The notes under the pieces were generated by a model. The model had not been told where the DNA came from. It saw nothing but the letters and a program-made list of their open reading frames with translations, and searched no databases. The position numbers were made by a program, and so were the translations under genes. Positions 1 to 10,086 of a DNA stretch of 64,000 nt are shown piece by piece (the stretch's first letter is position 1; each line of letters opens with the position of its first letter). The DNA is taken from the IMG/VR virus record IMGVR_UViG_3300047491_001507; one strand, 5' to 3'. The DNA comes from a virus.

Positions 1-32
1 GATTTAAGATATGGGATTAAATCTTACTTAAA

Positions 33-410
33 TTATTTAGAGCTATCTGCGTCATCGCCTTCATTTTGAATAAGATTTGGCGAACCCTTCAAGTGTCGAT
101 CAACTCTGTAATCTTGATCTTTTTGGCTAAGACTTCTTTTGTCTTTTCCTAATCGATCTTGGCATCTTTCCCAGTAAGACCAGTGATCTTCATTGGTTGG
201 ATGGCTATAAATCAAAGGTGGAGAAAAACTGGTGTATTTATCAATGATTTCTTCAATGCGTTCTCTTGATAATCCAGTTTCTTTCATGAGTTGACTAGTG
301 CTGCGATAGTCATACTTGGGATGCCTAGCAAGAGCTTTGAAAAACTTTGCTTCTTCATCTCCCTGTTTTGTTCCGTAAGGATAAACATCAGTCCATCGTT
401 TGGGCTTCAT
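33..410 (-). CDS. hypothetical protein; possible helix-turn-helix (LMKETGLSRERIEEII)
   Basis: ORF track; short HTH-like segment; no catalytic motif recognised. Confidence 0.3.
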   Translation of the reverse strand: MKPKRWTDVYPYGTKQGDEEAKFFKALARHPKYDYRSTSQLMKETGLSRERIEEIIDKYTSFSPPLIYSHPTNEDHWSYWERCQDRLGKDKRSLSQKDQDYRVDRHLKGSPNLIQNEGDDADSSK

Positions 411-462
411 TTTTTTTGTACTCCTAACAATTATTATAATGATCTTTTTGTAATATGCAAGC

Positions 463-906
463 CTATTCGTCCAAAATTACAAAACCGCCATCAACTGGAC
501 CTTCATTGAGAAGAACGTCGGAATCTGGTTGATTATCAGCTTCGTTCAATTTAGCTTTTGGGGTTTCTTCATCAACAACATGTTCTACCTTACCTTTGGT
601 AGTAACTGTATCTGGCTGATCTAAAATTAGTTTTTGTTCCATAATTTGTCTCTCCTGTTCTGGTGTTTGAAGAACTTTAATTAATCGCAAATGTCCTTGT
701 TGAACCAATTGCATGTAATAGTTGTCTCCCTGAAATTCTTGTTTAGGACCTACGGTTCTTTTCCCACTTTTAGTGGGACGAGGCAGAGTTAATTCTGCAT
801 TCAAAGAGTTTTTAAATAAATACAAACCCTCTCCATGCATGGCATTTGCCAATTGTTCTTTTCTAACTTCTTTTGCCTCGTATTTCGTGAATTTTCTATA
901 TTTCAC
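463..906 (-). CDS. hypothetical protein
   Basis: ORF track; charged protein, no motif recognised. Confidence 0.3.
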   Translation of the reverse strand: MKYRKFTKYEAKEVRKEQLANAMHGEGLYLFKNSLNAELTLPRPTKSGKRTVGPKQEFQGDNYYMQLVQQGHLRLIKVLQTPEQERQIMEQKLILDQPDTVTTKGKVEHVVDEETPKAKLNEADNQPDSDVLLNEGPVDGGFVILDE

Positions 907-947
907 AATGCACTCCTTTAAAAAGCGTCCTTATAATATAGTCGTAT

Positions 948-1526
948 TTATTGAAAATTATTAATATCTTCTATCAATAATTGTAAATCTTTCCATACTT
1001 CTTCCTTAGCAGAAGGATTTCTTAGCAAATAAGCCGGATGATATGTCGAAAGAACCTTTACTTTTTTGGATTTCAAATTGTAATAATGCCACTTGCCTCT
1101 CATCGCAGTTATTGAAATTTCTGTCTGCAAAAGATGTTTTGTTGCCGTAGCACCTAAACACACAATATAATCTGGAGCAATTGTTTCTAATTGTAAATCA
1201 AAAAATGGTCTGCAATTTGCAGATTCTTCTAGCGTAGGAGGTCGATTATTGGGAGGTCTGCACTTTAAAACATTGCAAATAAAAACATCTTCTCTTTTAA
1301 GATTACAAGAAAGAATGATTTTGTCTAAAAGTTGCCCTGCTCTTCCACAAAAAGGAACTCCTTGCTCAGATTCGGTTTTTCCAGGGGCTTCTCCACAAAA
1401 TACTATTTTAGCATTAGGATTGCCGCTTCCTGGCACCGTCAACAATCTGTTTTCAGCCAACTCTTTGCACTTTTGACATGCTTTAATCTTCTCGGCAATT
1501 AAATTTAGTTTTTGTTGATTTGTCAT
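948..1526 (-). CDS. uracil-DNA glycosylase, family 4 (UDG superfamily)
   Basis: Motif GEAPGKTESEQGVPFCGRAGQLL (family-4 GE[AG]PG...PF.G.AG.LL) and HPAYLLRNP (HPS.LLR motif B). Track ORF runs to 1562 from a TTG; first ATG (MTNQQ...) is at 1526. Confidence 0.75.
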   Translation of the reverse strand: MTNQQKLNLIAEKIKACQKCKELAENRLLTVPGSGNPNAKIVFCGEAPGKTESEQGVPFCGRAGQLLDKIILSCNLKREDVFICNVLKCRPPNNRPPTLEESANCRPFFDLQLETIAPDYIVCLGATATKHLLQTEISITAMRGKWHYYNLKSKKVKVLSTYHPAYLLRNPSAKEEVWKDLQLLIEDINNFQ

Positions 1527-1623
1527 AATCGTGTTTGTAACAAAGTTTATTTCTTTTGTCAATTTGTAAATTTTCTATTTGAAATCTAAAAGGTTTCTGA
1601 TATAGTTTAAAGAGAGGTGCAAA

Positions 1624-1902
1624 ATGGCTGAAAAATCTAAAAAAGCTCAACTTGAAGAGAAAATCAATAAAATTAGAGATGAACTAGAATATGCCCAGAA
1701 ATCATTAGGCTGGTTTGCTATGGGAGATGCAGTAAGATTACAGGAAAAGTTCTTGCAAATGCAAACATTTAAAAGCAATTGCTTGAATCTTGCTAAAGAA
1801 ACCATGCTTTTCTTGAGGTTTAATACTTGTCCTAATTATCCAGATGCTTATAATCGACTAATCTTGGCTATTGAAGATTTTGATAAACTTAAAAATAGTT
1901 AA
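1624..1902 (+). CDS. hypothetical protein
   Basis: ORF track; RBS-like aagagaggtg upstream. Confidence 0.3.
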   Translation: MAEKSKKAQLEEKINKIRDELEYAQKSLGWFAMGDAVRLQEKFLQMQTFKSNCLNLAKETMLFLRFNTCPNYPDAYNRLILAIEDFDKLKNS

Positions 1903-1903
1903 C

Positions 1904-2380
1904 TTATTTTGGACCCCTCTTAAGAGGTACTTTTTTAAGTTTTTCGATATGTCGATCTGGCTTATCTTTTAAAGAATGCATAATGTTCTTTACTTTGTTT
2001 ACAATTTCTGAAGCATTATCGGCTTCGCATTTTTGTACATGTTCAGGTTTTGAAGGTATCGATACGCTTTTGCGATCTTTGTTGTAAAAACCCTTACTGA
2101 TGTAATAACATTGATGCTCTGGGTGCCAGGATACGATACAGACCCATTCTCCATCATCCCAATTTCTAGAAGAAACCATGATGCGGTAGGGTTCTTGTTC
2201 GAATACTTGCTTTACATGAAAATTTTGTTTTTTCAAAGCTGCTGAAGCATATCCCAAGGTGATTTTCGCAGCATGTTTTAAGACTTCATTTGTTTTGGTT
2301 CTATAGTTAATCTCGACACTATATCGTGTGTCGGATTCTGTTAACAAGTCATTTTTTAACCAACCAATAAAACTTCGCAT
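1904..2380 (-). CDS. hypothetical protein with capsid-targeting-like N-terminus (MRSFIGWLKNDLLTE)
   Basis: N-terminal M-x-x-F-x-x-W-L ... L-T-E motif shared with about 14 other ORFs; CTAAATAAA 4 nt upstream of ATG. Confidence 0.4.
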   Translation of the reverse strand: MRSFIGWLKNDLLTESDTRYSVEINYRTKTNEVLKHAAKITLGYASAALKKQNFHVKQVFEQEPYRIMVSSRNWDDGEWVCIVSWHPEHQCYYISKGFYNKDRKSVSIPSKPEHVQKCEADNASEIVNKVKNIMHSLKDKPDRHIEKLKKVPLKRGPK

Positions 2381-2383
2381 ATT

Positions 2384-3208
2384 TTATTTAGTACTTACAG
2401 TGTAATTTTTGATCTTTAACCATTGCTCAAAATCATCTTTATTATATTTGTCTTTTTTCTTGTTGTTTTCACTTTGTGTAAGTGGTTGTAAATTATCCAA
2501 AGAATTGATTAGCTTCAAATCAGTGATTCCATAATCAATAAACGCCTGAATAGGAAATATGTGATCAAGATGCCAACTGCCATTTTTAATAGAGTTCCAA
2601 TTAGGATGGCTGACAACATGTTCTTGAAGTTCTTTTGGTCCGTAACCTAACATATCGCTTGTGTGTCCGATTTTACTTTTGCCAGTTGCTTTTAAAGTAG
2701 AAGATAACATCTTACAACATTTCTGTCTTAATTTTCTATTGAGTGCTAATTGTTCTCTATCTGGTTGCCAGCAATAGTGATCAGAGCCTCGTTTGAAATT
2801 CGTTTTTAATCTTGATTTTCTTAATTTTTCGAAACCACATTCTTTGCAATTTTGTTTTTGATGATAGAAAGCAGCAAAATCTATTTCTGCTTCTTGACCA
2901 CATTTACAACGATAGTGATACTTATGATGGATTCCTTTAAATTCTGTATCTAGAAATTCGCACCCTCTTTCACGGAATATTTCCCTTACTTCTTCTAAGG
3001 AGTATTTTTTCTTTCTACCAGTAAGACCACAATAACCACAACGTCTACCTCGTGAAAAATTATTCCATGTGATATGTGATATTGTGCCACATGAACACTT
3101 GTATTTCATATGTTTTTGACAGCCAACATATTCATCTAATAACTCGCATCCTTGCTGGAGAAAATATTCAGCCACTTCTTCTGTTGTTCTTTTTAATGTT
3201 TTTAACAC
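2384..3208 (-). CDS. HNH endonuclease with N-terminal zinc-ribbon repeats (candidate homing endonuclease)
   Basis: Repeated C-x-C ... C-x2-C pairs (KCSCG...CGYCG; CKCG...CKECG); C-terminal HNH signature SWHLDHIFPI...N...N. Confidence 0.55.
   Translation of the reverse strand: MLKTLKRTTEEVAEYFLQQGCELLDEYVGCQKHMKYKCSCGTISHITWNNFSRGRRCGYCGLTGRKKKYSLEEVREIFRERGCEFLDTEFKGIHHKYHYRCKCGQEAEIDFAAFYHQKQNCKECGFEKLRKSRLKTNFKRGSDHYCWQPDREQLALNRKLRQKCCKMLSSTLKATGKSKIGHTSDMLGYGPKELQEHVVSHPNWNSIKNGSWHLDHIFPIQAFIDYGITDLKLINSLDNLQPLTQSENNKKKDKYNKDDFEQWLKIKNYTVSTK
2385..2391 (-). promoter_or_regulatory. CTAAATA motif (minus strand) 4 nt upstream of the 2380 start; overlaps the stop codon of the upstream HNH gene
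   Basis: gtactaaataaaatATG on the minus strand; partly explained by the K-stop codons (aaa taa). Confidence 0.2.
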
Positions 3209-3246
3209 AATAACCTCTACAATTATATAATGTAGAAGTTTTATTT

Positions 3247-4164
3247 TTAGTCAAGAGTAATTGGTCCTTGGAAATCTGAGAACTTATTTATTAGCTCTTC
3301 TTGCCATTTCTCTTTAAGTTCCCATCCTTTGGTCTTCATATACTCACCATCTAACGCCATGCCCCCGCCAGGACCAGGAGGTGCTGAAAATTTACCACGA
3401 ATATGACCCAACATGATCATCGCATGGGCCAAAGCTCCTTCCTGCATAGCCTGTGTCACCTCACGGAAATCCTTGCACTTTTGAAGGTAGTGAACAATAA
3501 CCAACTGAGAACGACAAGGCGTTGGATACAATTTAATCCAACCTAAATCTGATACCCACTCCCAACCACCAATATTTGAACTGACTCTACTGAACATTTG
3601 TTCATACTGTTTGTATAATACCCATTCTCCCATTCTTCCCCACATAGGCTGAATAGGATCAATTAATCCACCTTGAATGGAGGCATAAGCTCCACCTGGG
3701 TAAAAATACTCAATAGGAATCGATCCATCAAGATCAGAAGCTTGAAAAGCAAAAGTTCCATGTTCTTTATAAAATACATTGCGTACCATGCCTACGTCGT
3801 CAGGCAATTTATAGACACTTTTGCCAGGAATGCTGCGAAACGTATAGTAGTCGTAATACTCTGGTCCAGCATAATCTTCAAAAATTTTCAAAGATTGATT
3901 GACTGCTAGATCTAAATTTTGTTCATCTAATTCAACTTTGACAACTGGGGCTCCCAGCATGAGCAAAACATAATCTTTAATATCTTCTCTGACTTTTTCA
4001 CGGTGTTTTCTGCTGCCTAACTTGCGGTCATGAGCAGATACGTATTTGCATGAATTTCCACTGGTTTCACAGCCGGTGGTGGTTTTGGTGGTGCTTCCGC
4101 AAAGATTGTTGTAACTTTGTTGAGAAGGTCTTCCAATTGCTAATGTATTGTTACAATTTGCCAT
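3247..4164 (-). CDS. hypothetical protein (possibly virion-associated)
   Basis: ORF track; divergent from the large 4201 gene; no motif recognised. Confidence 0.3.
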   Translation of the reverse strand: MANCNNTLAIGRPSQQSYNNLCGSTTKTTTGCETSGNSCKYVSAHDRKLGSRKHREKVREDIKDYVLLMLGAPVVKVELDEQNLDLAVNQSLKIFEDYAGPEYYDYYTFRSIPGKSVYKLPDDVGMVRNVFYKEHGTFAFQASDLDGSIPIEYFYPGGAYASIQGGLIDPIQPMWGRMGEWVLYKQYEQMFSRVSSNIGGWEWVSDLGWIKLYPTPCRSQLVIVHYLQKCKDFREVTQAMQEGALAHAMIMLGHIRGKFSAPPGPGGGMALDGEYMKTKGWELKEKWQEELINKFSDFQGPITLD

Positions 4165-4200
4165 AATATTTATATATAGATAAAAGCGGAAGTTTGAAAT

Positions 4201-7200
4201 ATGATAAATTACAAAAGTTATCTAGACAATAAAAAATTGTTAGAAATGGCAGCATTATGGGATGTTGATACATTAAACTTCCCAATGACAGATTCAATGG
4301 CTTGTTTCGTCTCTGTAATCCCTGGTTCTTACCAACATCAAGCAAAAGTATTGCAATGGTTAATGACAGATGGCATGGTAAGAGCTTCTCAGTATAGAGA
4401 TAGACTCTGTGCATTGTTAAACGATCAAGAAGACCCACATCCAAATTTGGGAAAATTGATGCCATTGCCAGAAAATATAGCCAATATGGTCAGAAATCGA
4501 ATATACGGATATGATGATGAAGTTAAAGCAGAGGCCAAAAGAATAGTTTCTGTTGGAGATGAATATGAATCAGCATATCCTGCTGATATTCACCCATGTG
4601 ATTTGTTTTCGAATATTGCCAGAGAAAAAGATCCCATTTTATCCGCAGCAGCAAGTTGGATTGATATTGCTTTTAAAGAACCTTTATGGATTTACATTCC
4701 CACTATGAATGGAGAGCATGAAGGGTATGAAATCAAAAAGATAAATAACATTCTAAGATCAAAAAATCTTCCGCCATTCAAATATGGTGGCGTAGATGGT
4801 TATCTTCAATATGTAGAAAAAGGCGATTGGCTACCAGACGATGAAAAACATGGAGAACATGACCGAAATAAGCAACATTATGCAGATTTGTCACAAGCAC
4901 AAATAACATATCGCACCGATCCTAGCGGCAAAGAGACAGGACAAGTACAAGCTGAGTTTTATGGTGGCACAATGTTAAAAAGTCTTAAAAAGTTTCAAAG
5001 ACTAGCTTCTGCTGCCAGAACTGCCTTTAATGATTATGTGGGCGACAATATCAGCAAAGAAATTGATCAAGAAACCAGAAGCCAAATAAGCAACATCATT
5101 CATAGTCTTCAAACACAACCTGAAACAGCACAAGAAATTAAGCCAGACAATATAACCAACATAATAGGCAAGCAAGGAGAGAAAAAGGAATTTGAGCTTA
5201 CTCCAGATCTTGTGCAAAACAAAGACATTATATTGGAAATATTCCGAAAAGGCATTCAAGAAATTCCCATAAGAATAGGCAAAGACTTTTATCACCATTT
5301 CTATGGCAGTACCGACTATTTCAGAAATGTAGAAGAAACTACTTTTAGAAAAAAGCCTTGCTATCTTTTGTATTTAACCGAACAACAACAACAAGATTTG
5401 TACAACTATGTTACTAAAGACATAGATGAAGGCGTTTTGTATGTTACTTGGAATTGGCTTGAAGATGATCTCAAAATAAGAAAAAGCATCGAATCTATAG
5501 AAAAAGTAGCCAATCCTACCAAAATAGGCAATTGGAGAGGATATTTTTACCATTTCTTTAATGGTGCATTGGCTAAATTTCCCGATTTACAAGCCAAATT
5601 TACACAAAATGTACGTCAAGTAAGCTTGCACAAAGTACTGGGAATTGACTCGTCTTCATATACTTATAAGTGTCAGTTATCAGATCTGACTAAAGAGCCC
5701 GTTACTCTGGATTATATTGAAGAAAAATTGATCAAGCTTGGATATCGATGGAATTCTGGCAATCCACCTGTCAAAGGCAAAGAAGGAGCTTTAGTATATG
5801 GATCAGGGGATGTTTATGATGCAATCAAAGTGGTGGCTTTAGATGATGGACGATTTATACTGAAGTACCCGAATTATAAGATTGTTCACGAAAACGATCC
5901 TGAACGAAAATTTTCCGATACTAGCATTGCTATGCTTTCCAGAAATCAAACAGGAAAACCACTGACTGTATCTAGCTTTCCTAGTGATCGCTTAGGAATA
6001 TTTCCGCTTAGAAGACAACATGAACGAAGACAGTTAATACAGGACTTGATGCAAGGAGATTGGGGAGAGCCAAACGGACCAGTAGATGATGAAAATGATC
6101 TTGCCTCATTAAAGCAACAAATACGAGTATACACTAAAAATAAAGAATTGATACCCGCAGAAAAGATTAAAAGCGATGGATTATTAGCTTTGTACTGGTT
6201 TACTGGCAATCCTGCTTTTAAATTTGGTAATTTAAACAAGGGTTCAAAGAGAAATATTTTTAATTGTTTAGAAAAAGAAGGTATTAGCCCAGAAGACCAA
6301 GAGCAATATGTAAGGGAATTGATTAAAAAAAGCCGTTTGAAAGATTACACTTGGGAAGATTTAAACAACGATTTTCCTCCAGAAGTAGTCAAAGCTGTTG
6401 GCGAAAATGCTTTTGATGCAAGAAAGGCTTATATTAGAAGTACTGTACTAAAACACAATACAGATAGATCTGAAGAACTTACATTTTCTTCTATGGCGGG
6501 CGGGGACGAAGAAAAATACAATCAACTCACACAGAATCTTGTTGCAACATATGATGCGGCAGGAGAAGAAGACGTTCAACGTCAGATTGCTCCAAAATCT
6601 AAAGATATATTGCAATCAAGAGCAAATAATCCTGAAGAAATCTTAAGCACACAAGAGAAGAAAAGATCAGATTGTCCCAATTGCGGAAACAGTCTTAGCA
6701 TGAGAACTTCTAAATGCAAGTGCGGATATTCGTTTAAAACAGGAAAAGTTCAAGAACTTCCTAAAAAACAATGTCCAAACTGTCAAACAGAGAACTCTCC
6801 TAAAGCTAGGAAGTGTGCCTGCGGATATTCGTTTAAAACAGAAAAGGTTGAAAAGCCAAATATTCCAACAATAAAACCTCCAAGTGCTAAAACGACAACT
6901 TTACCCAGTGCAATCAAAACGACAACTTTGCCTAGTAAATTTGTGATTCCTCCTCCAAAACCAGCGAGTTTTAGTGTGAATGTACCTATTACTGGAAAAA
7001 CTCCGATTGAAAAAGTAGATCTATTTGATGACGATGAAGATGAACGAGTGGATCTATTTGATGATGACGAAGAGAGGGTGGATTTGTTTGATGATGTTAA
7101 AGAACACAGGCTCATGAATTATAAAGCTTGGAAGAAAACCGTAGAAACATATGCTGTTTATGATGGAAAAAAGGTAAAAGACGGTTGTGGGTATAATTGG

Positions 7201-7278
7201 TGGGGAACAGTAGGCGATCCTATGGGAGTTTCCGTTGAAGGAGAAGTAAAAGTTAAGAAACACAAAAAAAGAAAGTGA
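4201..7278 (+). CDS. large hypothetical protein (1025 aa) with duplicated Cys4 zinc ribbons, TTTLPS repeats and acidic VDLFDDDE repeats
   Basis: CPNCGNSLSMRTSKCKCGYSFKTGK and CPNCQTENSPKARKCACGYSFKTEK duplicated ribbons; 3 tandem VDLFDD(D)E(D)ER units (DNA 7025-7098); KK-rich C-terminus. Confidence 0.5.
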   Translation: MINYKSYLDNKKLLEMAALWDVDTLNFPMTDSMACFVSVIPGSYQHQAKVLQWLMTDGMVRASQYRDRLCALLNDQEDPHPNLGKLMPLPENIANMVRNRIYGYDDEVKAEAKRIVSVGDEYESAYPADIHPCDLFSNIAREKDPILSAAASWIDIAFKEPLWIYIPTMNGEHEGYEIKKINNILRSKNLPPFKYGGVDGYLQYVEKGDWLPDDEKHGEHDRNKQHYADLSQAQITYRTDPSGKETGQVQAEFYGGTMLKSLKKFQRLASAARTAFNDYVGDNISKEIDQETRSQISNIIHSLQTQPETAQEIKPDNITNIIGKQGEKKEFELTPDLVQNKDIILEIFRKGIQEIPIRIGKDFYHHFYGSTDYFRNVEETTFRKKPCYLLYLTEQQQQDLYNYVTKDIDEGVLYVTWNWLEDDLKIRKSIESIEKVANPTKIGNWRGYFYHFFNGALAKFPDLQAKFTQNVRQVSLHKVLGIDSSSYTYKCQLSDLTKEPVTLDYIEEKLIKLGYRWNSGNPPVKGKEGALVYGSGDVYDAIKVVALDDGRFILKYPNYKIVHENDPERKFSDTSIAMLSRNQTGKPLTVSSFPSDRLGIFPLRRQHERRQLIQDLMQGDWGEPNGPVDDENDLASLKQQIRVYTKNKELIPAEKIKSDGLLALYWFTGNPAFKFGNLNKGSKRNIFNCLEKEGISPEDQEQYVRELIKKSRLKDYTWEDLNNDFPPEVVKAVGENAFDARKAYIRSTVLKHNTDRSEELTFSSMAGGDEEKYNQLTQNLVATYDAAGEEDVQRQIAPKSKDILQSRANNPEEILSTQEKKRSDCPNCGNSLSMRTSKCKCGYSFKTGKVQELPKKQCPNCQTENSPKARKCACGYSFKTEKVEKPNIPTIKPPSAKTTTLPSAIKTTTLPSKFVIPPPKPASFSVNVPITGKTPIEKVDLFDDDEDERVDLFDDDEERVDLFDDVKEHRLMNYKAWKKTVETYAVYDGKKVKDGCGYNWWGTVGDPMGVSVEGEVKVKKHKKRK
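7025..7098 (+). repeat. three tandem about 30-33-bp coding repeats (VDLFDDDE-ER) inside the 4201..7278 gene
   Basis: gtagatctatttgatgacgatgaagatgaacga / gtggatctatttgatgatgacgaagagagg / gtggatttgtttgatgatg read directly. Confidence 0.7.
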
Positions 7279-7282
7279 CAAT

Positions 7283-7549
7283 ATGAGCGATTTTTTCAAA
7301 TATGCTTCAAATCCCAAAGCTTATACTCTAAAGAAGTGGTTTAGTGAATTATTGAAAGAAGATTATCTTCCTTTTAATGATGTTGTAGAGCGTTTAGCTA
7401 CAGTTTTAGCTACAGAAAAAGATTTGCAAGATTGTGGACGGTTAATAACCACGATTTATGAAAGAGCTTATAGGAAAGCAGTGGATGATTACCGTGAGGA
7501 ATTCGAAAAACTAGGTGTAACCATTAACATTGTGCCTAGATCTAACTAA
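7283..7549 (+). CDS. hypothetical protein
   Basis: ORF track. Confidence 0.3.
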   Translation: MSDFFKYASNPKAYTLKKWFSELLKEDYLPFNDVVERLATVLATEKDLQDCGRLITTIYERAYRKAVDDYREEFEKLGVTINIVPRSN

Positions 7550-8201
7550 AATCTGGACAACTATCGGATGAAATGGCTGTTAGAAGATATCCCCCCGTTT
7601 TGGGTAGTTTTTGATTAATTCTCCACCATCTTTCGGCTCCTTCTTTTACTTTCAAGTGGATAATGGAGTTTATTGTAATATCTCTTAACGACCATATTTG
7701 CAGTTGTAAATCGGACTGATCTACAACGATTGCTTCAAAAATAAACTTGTCTCCATATTGAGTTGTGTTGTATGTTGATCCATATAAAGAATCAACATGT
7801 GTTAAAGTACCTATTGCTGGGGCACAGAAGAATTTAACTCCGTCTTTTTTAAATAATGCTTCTAATTGCACAGGTTGTTTGACGGGCTGTTGCTCTACAA
7901 TAGGCTCTGTAGGTTGTTCGACAGGTTGTTCTACGATTTCAGGTTGTTTGATTTCTTCGATAAAATCTTTAGTTGGAATGTAGGTATCATTGGTTTTAAG
8001 GTTTAATTTTTCAGAAATATTAAGGACATTGAAATCAGATTTGAATTTCTCAACTGGATTGTTTTTATCTTTAATTACCTCTGATCCAAATCGCATATTA
8101 ATCAATCTTACTTGAGAAATATCCCAATTATCTTGGTGTTGTATTATCGGATTGGGACCTACTAATTTATAGACGCTTCCATCCTTATTTTTAATTGCCA
8201 T
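7542..8201 (-). CDS. hypothetical protein with Pro/Gln-rich linker (PVEQPTEPIVEQQPVKQPVQ)
   Basis: ORF track; low-complexity linker between two domains. Confidence 0.35.
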   Translation of the reverse strand: MAIKNKDGSVYKLVGPNPIIQHQDNWDISQVRLINMRFGSEVIKDKNNPVEKFKSDFNVLNISEKLNLKTNDTYIPTKDFIEEIKQPEIVEQPVEQPTEPIVEQQPVKQPVQLEALFKKDGVKFFCAPAIGTLTHVDSLYGSTYNTTQYGDKFIFEAIVVDQSDLQLQIWSLRDITINSIIHLKVKEGAERWWRINQKLPKTGGYLLTAISSDSCPDFS

Positions 8202-9072
8202 ATTTATATCCGACTTTTGTCGCAGCTTTGCCTGTAATATTTATTCCAGACTCTTTGTACATTTGGTTATTTACGATTTTGCTAATAGTTGACACACCTA
8301 CATTAAAAGTATTGGCTAGGTTTTTAAGAGAAAAGCCTTCTGACCTTAATTTTCTGATATTGTTGGCTTTTTCTCTGTTTAGTATCGGTCCTGACCAATA
8401 TTTTCCTTGTTTGTCTTTGGGTGCTAAGCTTATATCTATCTTGTAATCAAAGCAATCGCCAAATTCTTTGACGTATTTTGATACGATTTTCATAAAATGA
8501 AAATAGGATTTTGCCGATATTCTAATTATCATTCCTTTTTTGGTTCTGCAAGTTTTAGCTGTGATGTTGAATTCATTTTTAAGACAATCAACCAAAAATT
8601 GGGTTTCGTTTTCACTAAAAGCTTGAGTATGTAAAATAACGCTTTTGCATCTCTTTTTACTGCAAACGTTATTTTGTCCATCTTGTACAAACCAATGGGC
8701 CAAAATACGAGGCGTCAATTTTAAATCAGACGGAACGCATTTAGTTTTATTTTTGTACCATTTTTCCCAAATTTTGGTGAAGTCTGGATTGCATTTGGTC
8801 CAAAAATAATAATGTTTGCAATATTCGCCATTCCATTCTTCAAGAGAATGGATTATTTTTCCATCTCTTCTGGAGGGTTTTTTCGATATGCCCATTCTTA
8901 CTTCACAAGACACATATGAATCAAATTGTTTGTAAAGATAATGTACATATTTTTCGAATTTTTCACATTGTTTTATTTTAAACATTGCGTTTTTTGAACG
9001 AATGCTATTTAGACATAAACAACCATCTCCCAAAAGACTGCCCATCATGATTTCATAAAGTTTGTTTGTCAT
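8191..9072 (-). CDS. LAGLIDADG-family homing endonuclease with C-terminal HTH
   Basis: Two LAGLIDADG-type motifs (MGSLLGDGCLCL and LAHWFVQDGQ) at the expected roughly 100-aa spacing; C-terminal HTH-like NIRKLRSEGFSLKNLANTFNVGVSTISKIV; 11-nt overlap with the downstream gene. Confidence 0.55.
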   Translation of the reverse strand: MTNKLYEIMMGSLLGDGCLCLNSIRSKNAMFKIKQCEKFEKYVHYLYKQFDSYVSCEVRMGISKKPSRRDGKIIHSLEEWNGEYCKHYYFWTKCNPDFTKIWEKWYKNKTKCVPSDLKLTPRILAHWFVQDGQNNVCSKKRCKSVILHTQAFSENETQFLVDCLKNEFNITAKTCRTKKGMIIRISAKSYFHFMKIVSKYVKEFGDCFDYKIDISLAPKDKQGKYWSGPILNREKANNIRKLRSEGFSLKNLANTFNVGVSTISKIVNNQMYKESGINITGKAATKVGYKYGN

Positions 9073-9149
9073 GCTGTATATAGAGTAAAAAAATTTGAAT
9101 TTTTACCCCGCATGTGCATAAATAAACATATAATTTTGGAGGTTTTTTC

Positions 9150-9548
9150 ATGACAATAGTGTGTCCAGACGTTCATGGTGAGATTCTTTTGTTGCAATAT
9201 ATTGTTGGAATGACAGTAGCAGGCAATCCGGTATTGCATTTATACAGTAATGATCACACGCCTACCGACTATACGGTCAAGGCCAATTTAACTGAATGCA
9301 GTGCTGCTGGTTATGTGCCGATCACATTGTTATCTAGCAATTGGACAACAACTCAAGTTGGCGGGGTGACCACGGCTGTTTATTCTGAGCAGACCTTTAC
9401 ATTTAGCGGAAGTGCAATTGCTTATGGTTACTATATAACAGACACTTCTGACAAATTATTGTGGTTGGAGAAGTTTGGAACTTCGGCTTTTGAAATTCCC
9501 AGTGGTGGCGGCAGTATCTCAATTACCAGCAAGTTAAGCTTGAGTTGA
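9150..9548 (+). CDS. hypothetical protein (possibly virion/fibre-associated beta-rich domain)
   Basis: ORF track; RBS ggagg upstream; Thr/Ser/Gly-rich. Confidence 0.3.
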   Translation: MTIVCPDVHGEILLLQYIVGMTVAGNPVLHLYSNDHTPTDYTVKANLTECSAAGYVPITLLSSNWTTTQVGGVTTAVYSEQTFTFSGSAIAYGYYITDTSDKLLWLEKFGTSAFEIPSGGGSISITSKLSLS

Positions 9549-9572
9549 TAGAAAAATAATATACAAAAAGCC

Positions 9573-10073
9573 TTAGAAGCTTAAAGGTTTCAATAGGCTT
9601 TTTGGTTTTTTCCAACCTTGTCGATATTTGGACACTATCCAATCGATAAATGGCGACAGAATGCTATTAAAGATTACATCTTTGATTTTAGGAGCAAATG
9701 GCTTGAGCCATATCGGCATTGCTTCAACAATCACATGATCATAAATTTGTTCTGTGGCGTATATCACGGTGGCTTTCTTATCTGCACTATTATCTAGAGC
9801 TTCATCGACATAAACAACAAATTGATCTAAGCAATGCAGTATAAATTTTGTTGCTTTAATTATCATTCCTTTCTTAGTCCAAAATTTATACCATGGTTGA
9901 GCTTGTTCTATTTTATTTGATTCGTCCCATTGAACTTTAGCATCTTCAATAAACGTATCAATAGATTCATCGGTTACAACTTGACCTACAGGATTTGCTT
10001 CGCTTGTTTTGATGTCTACCATATTGGCACTCTCCAAAAAGCAGTTGTGTATAAAATTATATACTGCTATCAC
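9573..10073 (-). CDS. hypothetical protein
   Basis: ORF track. Confidence 0.3.
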   Translation of the reverse strand: MIAVYNFIHNCFLESANMVDIKTSEANPVGQVVTDESIDTFIEDAKVQWDESNKIEQAQPWYKFWTKKGMIIKATKFILHCLDQFVVYVDEALDNSADKKATVIYATEQIYDHVIVEAMPIWLKPFAPKIKDVIFNSILSPFIDWIVSKYRQGWKKPKSLLKPLSF

Positions 10074-10086
10074 ACTAAATAGTTAT

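Noticed and set aside
291-964. Small plus-strand ORFs (291..509, 773..964) overlapping minus-strand genes
   Set aside because: Hydrophobic low-complexity antisense frames inside better-supported minus-strand ORFs.
5002-7317. Several 87-110-aa minus-strand ORFs inside the 1025-aa gene (5002..5298, 5946..6239, 6783..7115, 7054..7317)
   Set aside because: They lie wholly inside a long, well-supported plus-strand ORF and are hydrophobic or low-complexity. AT-rich antisense frames commonly stay open.
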